Below, one piece after another: positions 28,140-41,514 of a stretch of 64,000 nt of DNA. This stretch comes from Camelus ferus. Lineage: Eukaryota. Below the pieces are notes generated by a model. The model made no database searches and was not told the DNA's origin. It saw only the letters and a list, made by a program, of their open reading frames with translations. A program made the translations under genes and the position numbers. Within the stretch, counting starts at the first letter, position 1. Every line of letters begins with the position of its first letter. Location: positions 104,286,001-104,350,000 of the forward strand of contig NC_045696.1 of NCBI RefSeq assembly GCF_009834535.1, read 5' to 3'.

Positions 28140-28790
28140 CCAATGGCCTTGGCAGGAAGGTTGATGAAGAGATACAAAAGGAGAGGTCAGGGAAGGTCCT
28201 GAGTTCAGGAGCTTCTGTCCCTGTGGAATTGGGGTGCAGCCCCTCCCAGTACATGGATGTATTCACGAGCCCAGAAGCTCCTAGAACCTGGGATTTCCAG
28301 GGTTTCATCACGGAGGCATGATTGATTGTTAACTCATGTCCAGACCCTCTCCCCTCTCTGAAGGGTGGGGGCTGGGGATGAAAATTCCAAGTTTCCAATC
28401 ATGACTTAAGTTTGTGGTGACCAACCGCCACTGAGGAGCCACTTAGGAGCCCACCTAGAATCATCTCATTAGAACAGAAGATGTGCCTAATGCTCCTATC
28501 ACTTAGGAGATGACAAGGGCTTTCGGAGCGCTGCGTCGGGAACCAGGACCAGAGGCTCCATGTTAGAACAAAGGATCCTCCTAGCACTCCTATTTACAAG
28601 GGTTTTATTAATTTTTGTGTGTGTGTTTGTGTGTGGAGGAAGGTAATTAGGTTTATTTATTTATTTTTAATAGAGGAACTGGGGATTGAACCCAGGAACT
28701 TCTGCAGGCTGTACCCTCCCCCTCCTACAAGGGTTCTGGAAGCTCTGTGTCAGGAACCAAGGGCAGAGACCAATACATACACTTTGTTTC
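28140..28790. mobile_element. ERV-type LTR (MER21-like) containing a nested SINE
   Basis: caggagcttctgtccctgtggaattggggtgc...catggatgtattcac...cagaagctc and ctgtgtcaggaaccaagggcagagaccaa. Confidence 0.7.
28605..28725 (-). mobile_element. Internally deleted Vic-1-like SINE
   Basis: Minus strand ggggagggtacagc...cctgggttcaatccccagttcctct plus (TAAA)n tail; TSD tacaagggtt at 28595-28604 and 28726-28735. Confidence 0.78.
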
Positions 28791-29654
28791 ATTTCACACT
28801 CGTCCAGCTTCTGCACCTTCGTCTGTGCTGTTCTCCTGCCTACAATGCCCACTCCTCGCTTCTCTGCTCCCTTAATTCCCTTCAATTTTCATGACCCCAG
28901 GGATGGTCCACTCCTGCCATGGAGCCTGGTCTGGACACAGAGCCCATGTAGGAGTGGACTTGGCTTTCTCCCACCGCCTCACGTGTGGATGCCCGTGGAA
29001 GGCAGAGCCTCCTCAGTTCGCTCCACGTGCCCAGGCCCAGGCTGGTGCAGCCCTTGGTCAGTTTTTATGGAGTGAATGTATTGTCCACGTTGGTGCTCGG
29101 AGAGAAACTTCCTATGCCTAGGTTTTATTGAGATGAAAGACTTCCTTTATCTTGATTTTCTTGGAAGGAAAAAAAAAATCAAAGAAATAAACCCTGAAAC
29201 AGCTACAGTTTTATATAGAAAGCATTATTTCTGAGAGAAATGATTTTTTTTTCCTTCCTGAAGGAAAATTTAGAAATTGTAGCTCCTGGTGGAATTAAAG
29301 GAATGAAAATGAAGTCATGCATAGATTCATGGCATCTGAAGAACTCTGTTTGGGACTCTATTTTGCTAACTTCTACAGTTTGGGATAAAAAATTCAAGCT
29401 TATGGGCCCAGTTCAGCTTTGCAGTCACCCATATCCCTTGGGCTTCTCCCCAAATTGCATTTTTTCCCCTTAGATTCAGTCAATTATTTGCCTTGGAGCA
29501 GATTTGCTTTTCTGAGAATTTCTGCACAACGTGACTCTTCCAGTGGTTTGCTGGCAAAGAAACCCTTTGATTTCAACCCAAAATGTCTTCACAGATCATT
29601 TGGAAACCAGAGTGACAGGGAGATATCTCGCCTCATCCCTTCCATCATGTCAGC

Positions 29655-30008
29655 CCCTCCTAATTTATCCTTCCTCCCCCTTTTCCTTTTGGTAACTGTA
29701 AGTTTGTTTTCTACGTCTTTGAGTCTATTTCTGTTTTGTAAATGAGTTCATTTGTCTTATTTTTTTTGATCCCACATATAAGTGATATCATGTGATATTT
29801 CTTTCTCTTTCTGACTTACTTCATTTAGTATCATAATCTCTAGGTCCAACCATGTTACTGCAAATGGTATTATTCCTTTCTTTTTTATGGCTGAGTATTA
29901 TTCCTTGTATGTATGTATATTATATATATATATAAAATATATATATATATATATTATACATATATACCACATCTACTTTATCGATTTATCTGTTGATGAA
30001 CATTTAAG
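29655..30008 (-). mobile_element. L1 fragment (ORF2 end and part of 3' UTR) with expanded (TA)n, lacking terminal 3' end
   Basis: cccacatataagtgatatc...catgttactgcaaatgg...tctgttgatgaacattta. Confidence 0.8.
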
Positions 30009-31009
30009 AACCGTGCCTCTTTGATCTAGCCCTTCGCATCTCAAGGCAAGTCCCTATTGGTTCAGGAAGTTTTCACTGACCTTGGAATGGCTAACATCCG
30101 AAGCAGTGAGTGTGGAGTGTGTGTGTGCATGTGACACAGCTGGGTGAGTGCGCCTGGGTACTGGTGCTGCTTGCAGCAGGAAGACATGGCAGTGGGCAGA
30201 ATAGGGATACTTGTGTGTATCAGTGCTCCTACCACTTTGGGATGCATCTTATCTCTTTATTCCCTGTGTATACCCTGTTATTTATCTGGGAGTAGAGCGG
30301 CTGTCAAAATGATACCATTAGTTTAAATGATACCCTATTTTCCCATGTACCCCATTTCTCATTATCTTCCAAAGCAAAAAGGTGAGATACAGTGCATATG
30401 GTAAACTCAGTATTTAACAACTCAAACCATGAGCATTTTCGGTGCCCGGTTCCTCCTTCATTCCTGTCTCCCCGCCCTTTTGCAAGCCATCCTCGTGGTG
30501 GCTTTTCCTCTGGCCTGTGCCTTATCCAATTCCTGCCCATTCTTCAAAGGCTCATTCTGGTCCTATGACAGCCAGGAACCATCTTCCAACAACTCAGGCC
30601 ACCATCTAGTGGGCCCCAAATGCTTGCTGGTCTGGGAAAGGGCTGTTCCCCACGATCACTCAGAGGCTTTTAGAAAACAGCAATGTCCAGGGTCCTGTGC
30701 CTCATAATCTGATCAGTAGCTCTAGGGTGGCACCTGGGCATCTGTATTTTTAGAAAACTCCACAGGTGATTCCAATGCTCACTTAGGGGCGGGGGCCCAT
30801 AGCTCCAGAGGCAAAGGGTTATATTCAGTGTCCGGCTGCTTTCTGGTTGGCCTTGTGGTCAGGAAGCCACTGAAGACAGGAACTGGCTTCATGTCTCTCT
30901 GGTCTGCCCTGAAGAGCCTAGCTGAGTTTGGGACAATCGATCTCAGGAGTGTCCTAGAAAAATCACAGAGTCACATCCACTGATGACTCTCGAGTTTGTG
31001 TCCCCAGCC

Positions 31010-31700
31010 CAGGCTTATCCTTTGGGTCCTACTCTTACATAACTCTGCCGAGTATTAAGCTGGTGTCTTGCAGCCCCAATCCCTTCTTTCTGGTCTTGGT
31101 CGCTGATGCTGAGGCTGGGGCTCTGCAGACAGCGTTCCCTTTCCTTTCCCCCCTCCTTTCCCTTCCCTTCCCTTCCCTTTTCCTTTGGCCAGCTGGCTCC
31201 GCTAGGCTCTGCTAGCAGAGGCACCAGAGGAAGCCCCAGACTGGAAGCCTGGGAGGGGAAAAGAAAAGAGCCTCTTTCCGCCTTGCTCCTTCTTCTGGGC
31301 GGCATCACTGCAGCAGTGGTCCGTCCTAGGCTGTGGCAGTTTGGCCGTTGCTATCAGCGTTCAGCTTTCTTCCCCTCCACTCCTAGAACCGACCCCTGAA
31401 ACACTGCCAGAGACACCAGCACCAGCCTGGCAGTGACTCTTGCTCAGAGATCTGGGTCCCAGCTCAGCAGGGCTCCTCCTCTGAACCTCTGGTTCTGTAA
31501 ACCCCAACCTCTTCCCTTCATTCCCCCCGTCTCAGGGGTGACAGTGGCTCCTGTGATGATAGTTGCCACCTCTGTGTTATCCCAGTGTCCCTTTTCTGTC
31601 CTCAGTCCTCCAGCATCTGTTGAACCAATCCTGTATTGAGTTCTCGCTGGTAAAATGACTGGTGTGGTTTCCATTTTCCGGACTGAATCAGACTGATACA
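31010..31700. mobile_element. Old ERVL-class LTR, family uncertain
   Basis: Ends ...gtggtttccattttccggactgaatcagactgataca, typical of ERVL LTR termini. Confidence 0.45.
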
Positions 31701-31729
31701 ACCCCCACCTGCCACTAACTGATTCCACT

Positions 31730-32850
31730 CACTAGTCCCTCAGGCATCTTCAGTCATCCAAGGCAGAGCTCTGATGTTTCCCCAAAACTCGTCTATTCTC
31801 CCCGTTTGGATCTATCATCCACCCCCAGCGCTCAGTCCAGAATCTTTGACACCATCCTGATTATTCTCTCCTGCTCACCCCGACACACCCCACTGGTCAG
31901 AAAGGCTCTTGATTCACCCTTGCATCTGTGCCCCCAGCCCGGGTACCACACTTGTGCTAATCATCCTCTTGTCTTTTCACTTGGCTCCCCACAACACACT
32001 TCCCACACGGAACCAAAAACTATACTACTCAAATATAAAGAGGGTTGTGCCTGGCTTACAGCTTCCTGAGATGCATGCCCTCTGTGATGGCCCACAAGTT
32101 CTGCCAAGGCCATTTACCCACCCTTCTCTCCACCTTGTTTCCTGCAATCCAGCCCCTGGGCTGTGTTCCTGTTTTTTTTTTTTTTTCCTGCCTCAGGGCC
32201 TTGGCACCTGCTGCTGCTCTGTTTGAAATGCTTTCCCCCTCTGCTTGTCACATGGCTGCTTCCTCCCCATTCTTAAGGAGACAGCTTTAAATTCACCTCT
32301 CTCAGGGAGCCCTTTACTGACAGCCTCTGTCCGTTTGGGTGGTTATAGCAAAGTATCACAGACTGGGTGTCTTATAACAACAGAAATTTATTTCCCACAG
32401 TTCTAGAGGCTGGAAATGCAAGATCAGGATGCCAGCCTGTTCAGGTTCTGGTCAGCTCTTGTCTGGGGTGTGGAAAGGGAGTGAGCTAGCTCTCCGACCT
32501 CATCTTGTAAGAGCACTAATCCCACTCACAAGGGCCCCACCCTCAAAACATAATACCTCCCAAGGCCAACCTCCAAATACCATCACGTTGGGATTAGGGT
32601 TTCAGCATATGCATTTGGGAGGACACAGCATTCAGTCCACTGCACCTTCTTTAGAATTGATCCCTCCCAGCTCCATGCCCCTTTCCTTCCCAGCACTTTT
32701 CACCATGTCCAGTCATCTATATATTGTCTTTATCAGTCTTCTTCATTAGACTGTAAAATATGTGGGGCAGGGACCATGTCTGTTTAATTCCCCACTGTGT
32801 TCCCATAACCTTGCACCTAAGTCTCATTATAGACGCATTAAATGAAGGAA
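31730..32850 (+). mobile_element. L2 3' fragment with nested MLT1A-like LTR (~32328-32644, minus)
   Basis: cctgcctcagggccttggcacctgctg...tagactgtaa...ggcagggaccatgtctg (L2); cacagactgggtgtcttataacaacagaaatttatttcccacagttctagaggctgg (MLT1). Confidence 0.7.
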
Positions 32851-32868
32851 TCTAGAGTGAATATCAAA

Positions 32869-32882
32869 TAGAAAGAAAGAAA

Positions 32883-32944
<62 letters not shown>

Positions 32945-32975
32945 GAGGAAGAAAGAAAGAAAGGAAGAAAGAAGA
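32869..32975 (+). repeat. (GAAA)n microsatellite
   Basis: Direct inspection. Confidence 0.95.
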
Positions 32976-33014
32976 GGGGAGGTACAAAAAACTACCATTT
33001 CCACCTATTTATGG

Positions 33015-33200
33015 GACAGGGAACTATATTCAATATCTTATAATAACCTATACTGGAAAAGAATCTGAAAAAGTATCTGAAAAAGAATATGTATTTATCT
33101 GAATCACTTTGCTATATAGCTGAACTAACACAACATTATAAATAAATAAAAAGTTGTTTTGAAAAAAATAAAATAAGATGCATTTGAAGAATAAAAAAAG
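33015..33200 (+). mobile_element. Short L1 3' terminal fragment
   Basis: acagggaactatattcaatatcttataataacctata...gaatcactttgctatat...aacattataaat plus A-rich tail. Confidence 0.75.
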
Positions 33201-33986
33201 GAAACTATATTTATTTAGCTGGCGACTTCACTAATATTCTACAAGCTGTTTTCAAGTAGACACTGCCACTCGTTATCTGTTCCTGCAGACATAGACCCTT
33301 CGCTAAAGGAAGACAGGTAGGGATGTTGAAATATGTAGACACACAGAGAGATGACGGCTCAACATCGTGGTGTATTTATGAATATACCAACATAGTATGT
33401 TTATGAATCTGTTGGTTATAGTTGGCATGTATACATTTATGTACTACTATGCACATATGTGTTTGCACTTTATAAAACTTCATCCTCTTTGGCAGCATTT
33501 GTAACTTTGTAACATGCTTTCACGTGTATCACTCATTTGAATCTGACAACAAATCTCAGAAGCAGGGAAAGCAGCATTATTCTCATTTTATTAAAGATCC
33601 ATTATAAAATATCTAGTCAAACCATATCCCATATCATCCTATAGACAAAGAAGCTGACACCCAGAGTAAAAGAGGGACTTGCTCAAGATCACACAGTGAG
33701 CCAGTGAAGAGCTGGTGTTAAACCAGATCCGTAACTCCCTTTTTATATCTCAGGAAGGGCCCTGGGAAGGGGCACTATGTGAATCATAACCTCAGAGACC
33801 AAATGACATGCAGGGGTTTCTGCACCAGTAAGAAGTCCCATCTTGCATTTCGAAGAACAGCTCAGCTACTGGTTAAGTGGACCTTTCGGAGAATCTCACC
33901 AACTGTCTTGGTCGCTGAATGCAAATTGACATGTTCTCTAGAGAGGCAAGATCCAAGATCAGGGTGCTGGGGCTTCTCTGATTCTT

Positions 33987-34439
33987 TTTTTTTTTTTTTA
34001 ACATTTTTTTTATTGATTTATAATCATTTTACAATATTGTGTCAAATTCCAGTGTTCAGCACAATTTTTCAGTCATACATGGACATATACACACTCATTG
34101 TCACATTTTTTTCTCTGTGAGCTACCGTAAGATTTTGTGTATATTTCCCTGTGCTATACAGTATAATCTTGTTTATCTATTCTACAATTTTGAAATCCCA
34201 GTCTATCCCTTCCCACCCTCCGCCCCCGTGGCAACCACAAGTCTGTATTCTATGTCTATGAGTCTATTTGCAGCAACATGGATGCTCCTGGAGAATGTCA
34301 TTCTAAGTGAAGTAAGCCAGAAAGAGAAAGAAAAATACCATATGAGATTGCTCATATGTGTAATCTAAAAAATAAAAATAAAAACAAAAACAAACAAACA
34401 AACAAAAAAACCAAAGCGTAAATACAGGACAGAAATAGA
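33987..34439 (-). mobile_element. Young L1 insertion with 5' inversion (twin priming)
   Basis: TSD ttctctgattctt at 33974-33986 and 34440-34452; minus-oriented 3' part to 34269, plus-oriented part (FAATWMLLENVILSEVSQ) from 34266. Confidence 0.92.
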
Positions 34440-35971
34440 TTCTCTGATTCTTCTGATTCTGTCATCCTTCTTGGCTCTGTGAGCAGGTGTGATCATTGTA
34501 ATGCAAATTTTGTATCATTTTTTTTTAGTTTAATTTCATTTTAGTTTAGCCGTAGTAAAATCCCTGCTGGCATGTCATTTAATTTGCTCCCCGTGCTAAT
34601 GATGATTCTGAAGCCTTTTACAGAAATGATTATATGGTAATACCAAATCTGATGGTGGATTCAAGCCATCATTTACAGTAATAGGATCATCACGAAGCTC
34701 CCTTGGGTATTCCTTCTTATAATACTGTCGGGGGGCGGGGCAGGAATCTGCTTGGCTTCATCTCACATTATTAGAAGATCTTCACTAGGGACCTCTCACA
34801 GGGAAAGGGCCTCTTCTGGCTCTGATGCTGAGCCTCTGGGCAAAATAAAGGGTTGCAAAGACATAGTCCTATGCATGAAGCGAGATGGGCCGGCCACACC
34901 TGCCAGCGGGACAGCTCATGAAAAGGATAGGATTAGAGGAGGTGGAGACCACTGACCGCCTGGCCCTTTCCATGCCCTCTCCCGCTTCTGTGTGTAGACC
35001 CTCATCATGCAAACTGGCACATGGTGGGTGGGGCTCAGAGAGGGGTCATTCTGTTTGTCTTCTGGGGTAGTTCCTCTGTCCCTGGGACTAACGTGCACGG
35101 AGGTTCCCTAAGCCAGCCACTGGGACAGAATGAATGAGATGCCGTCTCTGCCCTAAAGACTGGGGACTAATGAGAGCTCCTGAGCATCATGGCCGGAAGA
35201 GATGTCTCTATGGGGGATGGGAGGGGGAGGGGGAGGGGGCTCTTAGTGAGAACCCAGGGGAGAAAGGAGGGATCACTCCCACCTGGAGAATCAGCAAAGG
35301 CTCCCAGAAGAGTGGTTGAGCTGGGTCTTAAAAGACCAGTGGTGTTTTCTAGGCAGCAGAGGGTCATTCCAGGCAGATGGGTCCTTGTCAGGCAGGAAAC
35401 TCTGGGGCTTCACTTTGTCTGAAGGGCCTGGCCAACTACAGGGAGGCTGGAGCTGACACACGACTCCGCCATTCTTTCGGGCCTTGCTTCAGAGGACCAT
35501 AGCGGGGGCCTCCCCTCAGGCATTCTACTGCCCCTCCTTTGCTCTGGGGACTCGACGGAGTGAGGAGAACAGGAAGTGCTCTCATTCTCTGTGGCTCAGA
35601 GGCAGACCTCGACCATGGGGTTAAAGTTATGGGAAGGCAAGTTCAGGCTCAGTCATTAGGAGGAACATTCTAACAATGCTGGCCTTTTACTGTTAAAACA
35701 GACTGCACGGTGGGGGCATGAGCTCCCCATCCATCTGTGACGTGCCCCAACACCGACCGCTAGTTAGACCAGGGTAAAAGCACACACCCGGGGGCCTGAC
35801 GGCAAAGAGAGTGCCCCTCTGTTTTAATCAACACCGTGGCATACAAAACACCTCAGAATTCCGAGCCGAGGGTGAGGCCTCAGCTAATGGAACAGAGCAA
35901 CTGGCTGACAGTTCTGCATCTTAGTTTCAATTTAATGAACAAACAGCAAGCCACAACATCAGGCATCTCCT

Positions 35972-35977
35972 TTTATT
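35972..35977 (-). terminator. TRIM42: TRIM42 polyadenylation signal AATAAA (second candidate ATTAAA at 35931-35936)
   Basis: tttatt on + strand about 160 nt past the stop, followed on the minus strand by GU-rich tgttgtggcttgctgtttgtt. Confidence 0.8.
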
Positions 35978-36138
35978 AGCTCTTAGCAGACTCCTGCTGA
36001 AATGGCTCAGAGGTCCCGGGAACATCATCTACAACCTCCTTGAAGACCGTGGTGAGAAAAATACATATACGTAAGTGTGTGTCTGTATCTGCCTATTCTG
36101 TGGTGTGTCTCTGAGGCTGCTGCCTGCTCTGCGGCGGC

Positions 36139-36330
<192 letters not shown>

Positions 36331-37639
36331 TCATGTCGACCACCTCGGGGGCAGGGGCTGTTGACCCCATTTTATAGATGGAGAACCTGAGGCTCAGAAG
36401 GACAGGGCAGCTTTCCTAAAGTCCCACAGCTAATATGTGGTGGGGTTGGAATTTCACAGAAAAGGTCCCACTTCCCTAAGGCAGCTCATGGGACTGAGTG
36501 CTGATGACTATGTTAGGGTTGTGACCCCAGGTGGGCTTCACCAGAGAGTAGCCCCCGGGGCCTCCCCCAGGCCCTGGAAGTTGCTTCTGGCACAGCTCTT
36601 ATTGTGTGTAGATTTCAGCTAGTGTGTTTGATTTTCTTACCAGACTGTGAGCACCTTGACTGGGGTGTAGGGGAAATGACAGTCTTTCATCTCTGTAATC
36701 CCAACATTATGGTAAAGACAAATTTCTTAGAAAAGTGAATGAAAGGTAAATAGAACCATAGTTTATACACCTGCCATTTGTTTCTCTTTGCGGCTTCATA
36801 CTATCCCTGATCACAGTGAATAGTCAGTGCTACCTAGAACAGGCAGGTTGCAATGGGTAGCAGGACCCTCCTAGAAGTCGCACCAGCTCAGCTTAGATGT
36901 GGATCTCCACGCCTTACCTGGAAGGTGGTGGATTTCCCCACATCTCAGGTCTGCCAGCATTCCTGTTCCCTCCAATACACATTACTGAGGAGGAATTTAG
37001 GGACTGAGGTTGAGATCCAGGTATGCAAGACAGCTGCCTAGAGCAGTGAGCTCTGTCTAGATGAATCAGGCAGGACTTCGTAGGGCAGATGGGGTGGGGA
37101 TGCAGTTTGGATGATGAAGAACAATGTTTGTACAAAGTCTCTATGCACAAAGCTTCTAACTTTTAATGTTTGTATTCAAAGAGAAAGGGCAAAAAATAGA
37201 CACATATTACTATTATGCTCTCTAGTTTTACTAAATTTATTTTTAGTTTTAGAGAAAACAGGGCTTCATGCAAGGTAGAGATCATGTTTTATGTATGACA
37301 TTGCTGGATAAAAATGGAAATAGCACATAGAGATAACCCTGGCAAGGGTGATATAAATGTGTAAGATGTACACCCAGAGCTATCGGGGGCAATGAGGAAG
37401 GGATAACAGTGTTGTGCCGGGTTGGAAATTGACTCATAAAAATAGAGATTAAAGTTCTGCTTTAAAGTATAGGCAGGATCTCCAGAGGTAAAGACTGAGT
37501 GAAACATGTGAATGGGGCAGTGGGGATTGAGGTATCTATGAACAAGAGGATCAGACTGAAACAGGACAGAAGAAACAGAGAGCAGAACTTGAGATACCAA
37601 AGAAATTGAAATGGGAGTTCTAAATCCCCTTCCCTGTCC

Positions 37640-40300
37640 AAAAAGCTGAGATGGTTTTCCAAATGAATTCTAACAAACTTGTAAGAAAGAGTTGTTCTAG
37701 AAAATAGGACAAGAGCAATAGTTTCCTAGCTCATTTTATCAAGCTAGTAAAATACTGATTCCAGAACCAGATAAAAACAATAGAAGCAAAGGTCTGCTTC
37801 ATGTTATGATCATAGATGCAATAATCCAAAATAAAATGAGCTAACTAAAACCAAGAATATTAAAACATACTACATCATGCTCACATAGGGTTTATTCCAT
37901 GAATGCAAATAGAGTTTAACATCAGAAAAATCAATGTAATTTATTTCATTAATGCCTAAAGGAGAAAAATCATGATTATCTCAAATAATACAAAAAATCC
38001 ATCAGGTTGCATAAGTTCTCAGAAATTTAGTAGAAGGAAGTTTCCTTAATTTAATAAGGATTATACATCAGAAAAACTAGATTAAAAAATTATCATAGCT
38101 CAATGGGGAAACATTAGGATCAGGAATAAGAAAAGGATATCAACTCTCACAGCCACCATTTTTGTAGCACCAGTAGCCCTGGCCAAAGCTATAAGGAAAG
38201 AAAAAGAAAGAGAGGTTCAAGAATTGTAAGGAAAGAGATGAAACTGTCATTATTTATAGATGAAAGGATCACGTGCCCAAAAAACCAAGCAGAATCAACA
38301 GAGAGACTCTCAGAATAGCTGAGTTTATTGAGATTGCTGGAATCAAAATTAACCTATGAACACCAGTCGTTCTTATTCTAAACCAGCAATACATTAGAAA
38401 ATATAATAAAATATAAAATAACGTTAATAATATCAACTAAGTTTGTAAAATGCCTGGTTTAACTAGGAACCTAGAGTGCCTCTATGAGAAGGACTTAAAA
38501 GACCTAGTAAAGCACACAGGAGATGATCTGAGTAAAAGCCAGACATATTCCAAAAACGTTGTCTCCAAATTAGAAACTCAGTGCCTCCCCAGTCAGAGCC
38601 TGTCTGGAATTTTTTAAAGGAATTCCACTTACTTACTCCAAAATTTACAGGAGGGAATACATTTCTATGATTAAATAAACCTTAAAAAAGAAAGAGGGGT
38701 AATGGGTAGGCTTACCTTAGCAGTTCATTAAGACATAGCACAAAGCTGAGGTTAAACAACAATAAAACTGGTGTGGTTTTGACATAAGAACAGACAGACC
38801 AGTGGGCTACAACAGAGCTTAGAGACACACCCCTAAATATATGGCAATTTAATACAAGGTCAGAGTGGCACCTTTATTATATTCTAACGGAGAGGACACT
38901 GCTTGGGAGATGATGTTGGGAAAACCTACCCACTAGATGGCCAAAAAAGTCCATCTCTACTTAGCACTACATACAAAGGCAGACTCTGGATGGATTTAAG
39001 TTCTAAATTTGAAGGTGAAACTAAAGTTTATGAAAGAATATGTGGAAGATTATCTCTGTGATCTAAGCCTAAGGAAGGACTTTTTAAACAAAACTTTTAG
39101 AGGTCAAACCATGAAAAAAAAATAAACTGATGGCTTTGATCACATCAAAATTGAAGCCTTCTCCTATTTCATGAAGTACATGATGAACAAAGTTAACAGA
39201 CAAATGTCAGAATAGAGACGATATTAGCGATGTCTAAAACTATTATCTAGAATATATAAGGTCATTCTGCAAATCTCCTAGAAAAAGAAAAATGCAATTG
39301 AAAAATGGGCAAAAGATATTTAGCAGGCTATTTACAGAAGAGAAAAATCCTGAAAACTAACAAGCATATGAAATGAAATTTTAAACAATGAGGAGATAGC
39401 CCTTTATACCTGTTGGGCTAGCGAAAAAGTAGAAAGCTGGATCATGCCAAATGCAGGCAGGGCTGAGGATAGAGGCCCTCATTCGTTCCTTATGTAAGTG
39501 TACACGCATGCAGTCAGATCAAGCACGCACACACTCTGCCACCCAGCAGTTTCACTCATGGTATGTATCTGATGAGGGCTAACCTGTGTCCTCCCAAAAT
39601 TCACGTGCTGAAATCCTATTCCCAGTACTTCAGAATGGACCTTTAAAGAGGTGATTAAGTTAAAATCAGGTCATTAGGGTGGGCCCCAATCCAACCTGTC
39701 TGTTGTCCTTATAAGAAGAGGAAATTTGGACACAGAGAGACACAACAGAGATGCGCTCGGGTGAGAAATAGCCATGCGAGGACACAGGGAATAGGCAGAC
39801 GTTTGCAAGCCAAGGGGAGAGGCCTCAAAAGAAAGCAGACCCACAATACCTTGATCTTGGACTCCTGGCCTCCAAAACTGTGAGAAAACAAATGTTTGTT
39901 GTTCAAGCTGCCTACTCTGTAGCATCTTGATGGGCAGCCCTAGCAAACTAACACAGTGTCCCAGAGAGATTCCCACACACCTCCCACCCACAAAATGTCA
40001 TGAGTGAGGCATTCACTGCAGCATTATTGGAGGTCACGTGGGTGTCCACACTGGCTGAGCAGACAGGTAAAATGTGGCGGGCAGATGCACGCTGGAAAGG
40101 ATGAGGCGGCATTAGGAGTAAGGGACCACATGTGCCTAACAACATGGATGGATCATAAAAACGCAGTGTTCAGGGAAAGCAGATAAGACATAAAGTAAGT
40201 TATGTAACACAATACTATTGGTGAGGATTAATTATCACATTCAAAATGATACATACTATGTAGGAACACATAAAAGCAACACGATACAAATAAAACATAC
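37640..40300 (+). mobile_element. Ancient L1M ORF2/3' region in TRIM42 intron 4 (antisense to gene), interrupted by an MLT1B-like LTR at ~39570-39954
   Basis: Degenerate ORF2 motifs (gggtttattccatgaatgcaa, aactgtcattatttatagatga, aaaatgggcaaaagat); LTR cccaaaattcacgtgctgaaatcct...gcagccctagcaaactaacaca. Confidence 0.8.
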
Positions 40301-41057
40301 TAGACTGGAGACCTAGGGAGGAATGCTCACAAAGGAGGACAAACATATAGCCACAAAAAGGGCCTTGCATAGACCAGTGTTGGTCATTAGTCAGACCTGA
40401 GGTGTCTAATTCAACCTTCAGTGTATGAGGTCCAGCTTGAGCTTAAATTATATTCACTCCAGGGTTCAAACCTACCTACAGGGCAAGTAGGAAGGCACCT
40501 AGGGTTCTACTTACATGAAGGATCAAGGAGCCCTTTGGAAAAGAATGAATTCTAAGGAGTGAGAGAGAATGCAAGCCATTTTGATTTTGTTTCAGGGCAG
40601 GGGGTCACTGTGAGTTTGTGGGTGGGTGTCCAGTTAGGTGTGTGGTAGTTATTCTGAATGTAGAATAGTGTCGGTCACTCAGATGGTCCTCTAACCCCAA
40701 CCCCTGAAGATGCATGTCTCTGACTAAGGCAGAGTGTCTGCAGTAGGGACAGAATTAAAACCAGTAGGGGGATTTCATGAAACCATGGTAAGATGCCTGA
40801 GCAGGAAGGGGGCGCAGCTGCAGATGCTCAGGGTAGCTGGCAAGACTACTTCCAGAGCACACGTGAGACACACCCTTGGGTGGTGGGACCCAGTACAGAT
40901 GGAGAAGGAATTTGAGAGGATGGGTGGGGGGCAGGGCTTGGTGCATTTCCTGAAGAGCTATAGAGAAAGACCCAGAATGGTACCAGTTTGTGACTATTCT
41001 GGGGCCTGAATATTTACCTCCAGATCTGCTGTACCCTGGGACATCTGGTTTATAAAT

Positions 41058-41514
41058 TGTGGTAGGCAGAATCATGGCCCCCCAAAGATGTCCATGTCCT
41101 AATCCCAGGAACCTGTGAATACGTTATGTTACATGGCAGAGGGGAATTAAGTTGCTAGTCAGCTGCCTTTAAGATAGGGAGAGTCTTCCGAGTCATCAGA
41201 TGGACCCAATGTAGTCACAAGAGTCCTTCCGAGTGGAACAGGGAGGCCGAAGAGAACCAAGGAGATGACAGTGTGAGGACTCAGCCTAATGCTGCTGGCT
41301 TTGAACACGGAGGAAGAGGCCATGAGCCAAGGAACACGGGCAGCTGCTTGAAGCAGGGAAAGGCAAGGGAATGAATTTCCCCCCTACGGCCTCCACAAAG
41401 AACACAGCTTTGCTCACACCCTGGATTTCTGATCTCCAGAATTGTAAGATAGTAAATCAGTTTGTATTGTTTAAGCTACTAATATGTTACAGCAGCAAAA
41501 GGAAACCAATGCAC
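41058..41514 (+). mobile_element. MLT1D-like MaLR LTR
   Basis: tgtggtaggcagaatcatggccccccaaagatgtccatgtcctaatcccaggaacctgtgaatacgtt...ggaaaccaatgca. Confidence 0.85.
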
